Assembly: GCF_002243425.1 (NCBI RefSeq)
Contig: NZ_CP021172.1
Location: 30,001-62,000, forward strand
Direction of reading: 5' to 3'
DNA: 32,000 nucleotides
DNA from: Candidatus Saccharimonadota bacterium
Lineage (GTDB): Bacteria > Bacteroidota > Bacteroidia > Flavobacteriales > Blattabacteriaceae
A model generated the notes under the pieces. The model was not told the DNA's origin, searched no databases, and saw only the letters and a list, made by a program, of their open reading frames with translations. The position numbers and the translations under genes were made by a program. Each line of letters opens with the position of its first letter. Position 1 is the stretch's first letter. Of the stretch, positions 27,936 through 32,000 are shown one piece after another.

Positions 27936-28573
27936 AAATCTTGTGTATTTACTGATATACTTGGTCCCATAGTACTAGAAATATATATTCTTTTTATGAA
28001 AACACCTTCTGAAGTTGGCGGTTTTAATTTGTTTAAAACATTAATTAATTCTAAAATATTTTTTTTTATTTTTTCAAACCCAAATGAAACTTTACCAATT
28101 GCAGTATGTATTATACCATATTTATCCATTTTAAATTCTATTTTTCCAGACTTTATTTCTCTTATAGATCTATTTGGATTTTGAGTTACTGTTCCAGTTT
28201 TTGGATTAGGCATTAAACCTCTAGGACCTAATCTTTTTCCTAATTCCCCCAATTTTATCATTACTGATGGTATTGTTACTATAACATCAAATTTTAACCA
28301 ACCATTTTTTATTTTATTTATATATTTATTTAATCCTATAAAATCTGCTCCTGAATTTTTTATTTCTTTTTCTCTTTCTTTAGGAATTAAAGCTAAAACA
28401 CGAATATTCTTTCCAGAACCATATGGTAAATTTACTGTTCCACGTATAAATTGATTAGGAATTTTGGTATCAATACCTAGACATATTGCAATATCAACAG
28501 TAGAATCAAATTTTGTAATTATTTGTTGTGTTACTATTTTTGATGCTTCATTTAAGCTGTATATTTTTTTCAT
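27932..28573 (-). CDS. rplA: 50S ribosomal protein L1
   Basis: 213 aa with ..FDSTVDIAICLGID......IRGTVNLPYGSGK...GPRGLMPNPKTGTVT. 4-nt overlaps with both neighbouring genes. Confidence 0.93.
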   Translation of the reverse strand: MKKIYSLNEASKIVTQQIITKFDSTVDIAICLGIDTKIPNQFIRGTVNLPYGSGKNIRVLALIPKEREKEIKNSGADFIGLNKYINKIKNGWLKFDVIVTIPSVMIKLGELGKRLGPRGLMPNPKTGTVTQNPNRSIREIKSGKIEFKMDKYGIIHTAIGKVSFGFEKIKKNILELINVLNKLKPPTSEGVFIKRIYISSTMGPSISVNTQDL

Positions 28574-28998
28574 ATTTCTAATATTTCAATACCCATTGAT
28601 CTAGCTGTGCCAGCTACCATAGAAATAGCAGATTTTATATTAAAACAATTCATATCTATAATTTTATTTTTTGCAATACTCTCTATTTTAGCCAAAGTTA
28701 TTTTTCCTACTTTAATTTTATTTGATTCTTTTGAACCTTTATCAATTTTACATAATTCTAATAATTGTTTAGATACTGGAGGTTCTTTTATTATAAAAGA
28801 AAAACTTTTATCATTATATATAGTTATAATAACTGGTAACAGTTTTCCTTTACTTTTTTGTGTACTAAAATTATATTGTTTACAAAAATCCATTATCTTT
28901 ACACCAGCAGCTCCTAAAGCTGGTCCTATAGGAGGAGCTGGATTTGCTAGTCCACCTTTTATTTGTAATTTTATTATTTTTTTTATAGTTTTTAACAT
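28570..28998 (-). CDS. rplK: 50S ribosomal protein L11
   Basis: 142 aa with IKLQIKGGLANPAPPIGPALGAAGVKIMDFCKQYN. Confidence 0.95.
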   Translation of the reverse strand: MLKTIKKIIKLQIKGGLANPAPPIGPALGAAGVKIMDFCKQYNFSTQKSKGKLLPVIITIYNDKSFSFIIKEPPVSKQLLELCKIDKGSKESNKIKVGKITLAKIESIAKNKIIDMNCFNIKSAISMVAGTARSMGIEILEI

Positions 28999-29117
28999 TG
29001 GTTTTTAAATATTTTTTTAATTATAAAAAATGATATCTTATCTAAAAATAAGATAATTATTGATAGTATTATACTAATTATTATTATATATATAATATCA
29101 TATTTTATTTTATACAT
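28992..29117 (-). CDS. secE: Candidate minimal SecE (41 aa, single TM helix)
   Basis: Hand-found ORF MYKIKYDIIYIIIISIILSIIILFLDKISFFIIKKIFKNQC, lying between tRNA-Trp and rplK where secE sits in the conserved tRNA-Trp/secE/nusG/rplK arrangement. It has one strongly hydrophobic helix and its stop overlaps the rplK ATG. There are no sequence motifs to confirm the call. Confidence 0.35.
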   Translation of the reverse strand: MYKIKYDIIYIIIISIILSIIILFLDKISFFIIKKIFKNQC

Positions 29118-29139
29118 TTTATACAAATTCTAATATTAG

Positions 29140-29214
29140 CACGGGTGGTAAGAATCGAACTTACGACCTTTGGTTTTGGAGACCAATGCTCTAACCTTAC
29201 TGAGCTACACCCGT
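29140..29214 (-). tRNA. tRNA-Trp (anticodon CCA)
   Basis: The reverse complement folds as acgggtg-ta-gctc-agtaaggtta-gagc-a-ttggt-ctCCAaa-accaa-aggtc-gtaag-ttcgatt-cttac-cacccgt-g. Confidence 0.92.
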
Positions 29215-29219
29215 AATAT

Positions 29220-30407
29220 TTATTCAATTATTTTAATTACTTGTCCTGCTCCAACAGTACGTCCCCCTTCACGTAAAGCAAAACGTAATCCCTCACTTAT
29301 TGCAACTGGTTGTAAAAGTTCTACGTCTACCGAAATATTATCTCCTGGCATTACAATTTCTATATTATTTAATAAATAAATAGTGCCTGTTACATCTGTA
29401 GTTCTTAAATAAAATTGAGGTTTATATTTATTATGAAATGGAGTATGACGTCCCCCTTCTTCTTTCTTAAGAATATATATTTGAGCATTAAATTTTTTAT
29501 GAGGAGTTATATATCCAGGTTTTGATATTACCATTCCACGACGGATATCTTTTTTTTCTATTCCTCTTAATAATAAGCCTACATTATCTCCAGCTTGTCC
29601 TTTATCTAGAATTTTTCTAAACATTTCTACTCCTGTAACTATAGAATTAAGTTTATCTATTCCCATTCCTATTATATCTATAGAATCCCCTGTATTTATA
29701 GTACCTGTTTCAATACGTCCTGTGGCTACAGTTCCACGTCCTGTAATAGTAAACACATCTTCAATAGGCATTAAAAATGGTTTATCTATATCTCTTATAG
29801 GCTCTTTAATATAATTATCTACAGTCTTCATAAGTGTTTCAATTTGTTTTTCCCATTTTTTTTCTCCATTTAACGCTCCTAAAGCAGAACCTTGTATTAT
29901 TGGTATATTTTCTCCATCATATTCATATTTTGATAATAATTCCCTTATTTCAATTTCTACTAATTCTAAGATTTCTTTATCATCCACTTGATCAACTTTA
30001 TTCATAAATACCACTAAATTAGGTACTCCTACTTGACGAGCTAATAAAATATGTTCTCTTGTTTGTGGCATTGGTCCATCTGTTGCCGCAACTACTAAAA
30101 TTGCTCCATCCATTTGAGCTGCACCTGTAACCATATTTTTTACATAATCAGCATGTCCAGGACAATCAACATGTGCGTAATGGCGAATTTCAGTTTGATA
30201 TTCTACATGTGAAGTATTTATTGTAATCCCTCTTTCCTTTTCTTCAGGAGCATTATCAATTGAACTAAATTCTTTTGCTACTGCAAGTCCTTTTTTAGCT
30301 AAAACTTTTGTTATTGAAGCAGTTAAAGTTGTTTTTCCGTGATCTACATGACCTATTGTACCTATATTTAAATGAGGTTTCTCACGTATAAATATTTCTT
30401 TTGCCAT
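29220..30407 (-). CDS. tuf: Elongation factor Tu
   Basis: 395 aa with [18 protein letters not shown] and NKVD motifs. The sequence is highly conserved. Confidence 0.98.
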   Translation of the reverse strand: MAKEIFIREKPHLNIGTIGHVDHGKTTLTASITKVLAKKGLAVAKEFSSIDNAPEEKERGITINTSHVEYQTEIRHYAHVDCPGHADYVKNMVTGAAQMDGAILVVAATDGPMPQTREHILLARQVGVPNLVVFMNKVDQVDDKEILELVEIEIRELLSKYEYDGENIPIIQGSALGALNGEKKWEKQIETLMKTVDNYIKEPIRDIDKPFLMPIEDVFTITGRGTVATGRIETGTINTGDSIDIIGMGIDKLNSIVTGVEMFRKILDKGQAGDNVGLLLRGIEKKDIRRGMVISKPGYITPHKKFNAQIYILKKEEGGRHTPFHNKYKPQFYLRTTDVTGTIYLLNNIEIVMPGDNISVDVELLQPVAISEGLRFALREGGRTVGAGQVIKIIE

Positions 30408-30433
30408 ATTTTTTTAAATTATATAATTTATAG

Positions 30434-30506
30434 AGCCAATGACGGGATTTGAACCCGTGACCTCTTTCTTACCAAGAAAGAACTCTACCAACTGAGCTAC
30501 ATCGGC
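30434..30506 (-). tRNA. tRNA-Thr (anticodon GGT)
   Basis: The reverse complement is gccgatg-ta-gctc-agttggta-gagt-t-ctttc-ttGGTaa-gaaag-aggtc-acggg-ttcaaat-cccgt-cattggc-t. Confidence 0.92.
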
Positions 30507-30549
30507 TTACTTGAGCGTAAAACGGGATTGTGACCTCTTTAACCAACTG
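30507..30549 (-). pseudogene. tRNA-derived remnant (internally deleted, chimeric Thr/Gly-like fragment)
   Basis: The plus strand gagcgtaaaacgggatt-gtgacctcttt-aaccaactgagc matches the acceptor and T-arm start of the adjacent tRNA-Gly (gcggaaaacgggattt) and the T-stem and anticodon-stem part of tRNA-Thr(GGT) (cccgtgacctctttc ... taccaactgagc). It lacks the T loop and the whole anticodon loop, so no cloverleaf is possible. Confidence 0.6.
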
Positions 30550-30622
30550 AGCGGAAAACGGGATTTGAACCCGCGACAATCAACTTGGAAGGCTGATACT
30601 CTACCAACTGAGCTATTTCCGC
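30550..30622 (-). tRNA. tRNA-Gly (anticodon TCC)
   Basis: The reverse complement is gcggaaa-ta-gctc-agttggta-gagt-a-tcagc-ctTCCaa-gttga-ttgtc-gcggg-ttcaaat-cccgt-tttccgc-t. Confidence 0.92.
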
Positions 30623-30630
30623 ATTTATTG

Positions 30631-30713
30631 TGGGAAGAGTAGGATTCGAACCTACGAAGGTAAAAACCAACAGATTTACAGTCTGTTCTCGTTAACCACT
30701 TGAGTATCTTCCC
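30631..30713 (-). tRNA. tRNA-Tyr (anticodon GTA), long variable arm
   Basis: The reverse complement is gggaaga-ta-ctc-aagtggttaac-gag-a-acaga-ctGTAaa-tctgt-(tggtttttaccttc)-gtagg-ttcgaat-cctac-tcttccc-a. Confidence 0.9.
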
Positions 30714-30727
30714 CCATATTTAACGGG

Positions 30728-30801
30728 AGCCGATGAAGGGATTCGAACCCCCGACCTCGAGATTACAAATCACGTGCTATAACCTACTAAGCTACATCGG
30801 C
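30728..30801 (-). tRNA. tRNA-Thr (anticodon TGT)
   Basis: The reverse complement is gccgatg-ta-gctt-agtaggtta-tagc-a-cgtga-ttTGTaa-tctcg-aggtc-ggggg-ttcgaat-ccctt-catcggc-t. Confidence 0.9.
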
Positions 30802-31225
30802 TTACACAATAAATATACATATATTAAAAAAAAACTAGAACGGAAAGCAAGATTTCAATGAGTTGGTCCTCCATTATGAAAAAATCAATTGCTTCACAAA
30901 TGGATAATCTGGAGATAAAGATTGCGTTAGATATAAATTGTCATAAAAAGACATAGACGTAAAATTATACCGAATAGTAATAAGACCCTATTATTAGAAT
31001 ATGTTTTTTAAGAAAATTTACTTTATTAAAAATATAAAATAATATATATGTAATATAATATTAAAATAAAATTAATAAAATTATATAATAAATGTCTTAT
31101 AAGAAGAGAGGATGGGTAATGATATTTGTTAGGAACAAATGTAGGGTAGCCTTTCTTATTTTTTCAATCTTTTAAGTAAAGAACAATTGGAAGTATTTTT
31201 TTAATAAATTAAATATATAGAAAGA

Positions 31226-31645
31226 TTAAATTAAATTTTTTAATACATAAAACTTAATTTTATTAAGAATGATTAATAATCCGTTAGATCTTAATGGTGA
31301 TAAAACAAAATTTAAACCAATTTTTTTAATAAAAGGATAATAATTATAATTTAATACATCTTTAGTATGTGAATTAGAGAATATACGTGTTATTAAAAAT
31401 AATAAACCTCTTGGAATTAAAGCTTCAGTATATGCTTTAATAATTAATTTATTATTTTTATGATTTAATTTGAACCAAATTTTAGATTGACAATTATTTA
31501 TTAGATATTTATCAATAAGATATTTTTTCTTTAATAAAGGTAGAAGTTTACCTATTTTTATTAAAAAAAAAGATTTTTCTTCTAAAGATTCTAAAACCAA
31601 AAATTTTGTAATTATTTTTTTTTCTTTTTTTAATAAAAAATTCAT
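31226..31645 (-). CDS. sufE: Cysteine desulfuration (sulfur acceptor) protein SufE
   Basis: 139 aa with the active-site context NNCQSKIWF and the SPLRSNGL motif, characteristic of the SufE/CsdE family. Confidence 0.8.
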   Translation of the reverse strand: MNFLLKKEKKIITKFLVLESLEEKSFFLIKIGKLLPLLKKKYLIDKYLINNCQSKIWFKLNHKNNKLIIKAYTEALIPRGLLFLITRIFSNSHTKDVLNYNYYPFIKKIGLNFVLSPLRSNGLLIILNKIKFYVLKNLI

Positions 31646-31906
31646 TCTTTCTTTATTAAAGGATATTTCAATTCATTAAATAACCAATTTTCATCTCTAT
31701 AGGCTAATTATTACGAAGATTTCGTTTATTTCTTTTTTGAAAGTTAGAATTAACAGAAATAATGTCTTTTTAATAATTTTTATTTTAAAAAAAAATATAT
31801 TAAATTATATTATTAATAATATATTAATTTTTAAAAGTGAAAAACAAAGTAATAAAAAAAGTAAATTTTTTGAAAAAGGTATTAATTTTGGAGGTTTAAA
31901 CAAATA

Positions 31907-32000
31907 ACAATTAAGAGTTTGATCCTTGCTCAGGATAAACGCTAGCTGAGGGCTTAACACATGCAAGTCGAGGGGCAGCAAAAAGAATATTAACTTATGT
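31907..32000 (+). rRNA. rrs: 16S ribosomal RNA, 5' end only (continues beyond the window)
   Basis: agagtttgatccttgctcaggataaacgctagctgagggcttaacacatgcaagtcgaggggcagc starts at 31914. The 5' end is placed ~7 nt upstream by analogy with E. coli numbering, so the exact start is uncertain. Confidence 0.9.

Noticed and set aside
29140-29214. Possible UGA-to-Trp recoding, as in some tiny symbiont genomes
   Set aside because: tRNA-Trp has a plain CCA anticodon. TGA also terminates an otherwise sensible ORF (16913..16915). The standard bacterial code explains all genes here.
30507-30549. Treating the Thr/Gly spacer as a functional minimal or armless tRNA
   Set aside because: No anticodon loop or T loop can be drawn, and the acceptor halves do not pair. 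It is called a remnant instead.
30858-30956. A 32-codon plus-strand ORF (MSWSSIMKKSIASQMDNLEIKIALDINCHKKT) in the long spacer
   Set aside because: It is short, has no recognisable family, and lies on the opposite strand from its neighbours. It is more likely a by-product of a G+C-richer RNA or pseudogene region. It is kept only as part of the unassigned-region finding.
30836-31200. Assignment of the spacer as rnpB, ssrA (tmRNA), ffs (SRP RNA) or a 5S remnant
   Set aside because: I checked both strands by eye. There is no CR-I/CR-V pair able to form the RNase P P4 helix. There is no tRNA-like T arm plus CCA-proximal acceptor and no ALAA-type tag ORF for tmRNA. There is no GGAA-tetraloop or AGCAGC motif for SRP. 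Only a weak CCGAA..AAG resemblance to 5S is present. The evidence is insufficient for any call.
31883-31890. taattttg matches the Bacteroidota -7 promoter consensus TAnnTTTG just upstream of 16S
   Set aside because: There is no properly spaced -33 TTTG element; the nearest TTTG is only ~10 nt upstream. Such words also arise easily by chance in sequence this AT-rich. It is not reported as a feature.

Overview
This window is a gene-dense, extremely AT-rich slice of a very small bacterial genome. The 16S 5' end (agagtttgatcc..gataaacgctagc..acatgcaagtcgaggggcagc) and the protein sequences look Bacteroidota/Flavobacteriia-like. The gene content (leuABCD, lysC, korB, the atp operon, bare translation and transcription machinery) fits a nutritional insect endosymbiont of the 'Candidatus Sulcia/Karelsulcia' type. 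That identification is inference, not a database hit.

Gene order, left to right:
- atpA (partial), atpH, atpF, atpE, atpB (minus strand)
- lysC, a MarC-family membrane protein, leuB, leuD, leuC, leuA (minus)
- tyrS, leuS, tRNA-Phe, korB, serS, rpmB, rpmG, a small DUF4295-like ORF (plus)
- tRNA-His and an rluD-like gene (minus), then truA (plus)
- rpoC, rpoB, a fused rplJ-rplL ORF, rplA, rplK, a mini-secE candidate, tRNA-Trp, tuf, tRNA-Thr(GGT), a tRNA remnant, tRNA-Gly, tRNA-Tyr, tRNA-Thr(TGT) (minus; the classic thrU-tyrU-glyT-thrT-tufB and secE-nusG-rplKAJL-rpoBC synteny, without nusG)
- sufE (minus) and the first ~94 nt of 16S rRNA (plus)

I see no mobile elements, CRISPR array, defence, secretion or toxin system. 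I do not think the window holds a discrete novel system.

What is unusual is genome-erosion biology inside core genes:
- A poly(A) frameshift separates the rluD start codon from its conserved N-terminal domain.
- rplJ and rplL are fused in frame.
- The RpoC jaw-equivalent segment is replaced by repeat-derived low-complexity sequence.
- atpH carries a tandem-repeat insertion.
- Repeats generate a Lys-rich RpoB tail.
- A tRNA remnant lies between tRNA-Thr(GGT) and tRNA-Gly.
- Two unusually long intergenic regions are locally G+C-richer and I could not assign them.

All coordinates and translations were worked out by hand from the sequence and the ORF track. No searches or computations were run.
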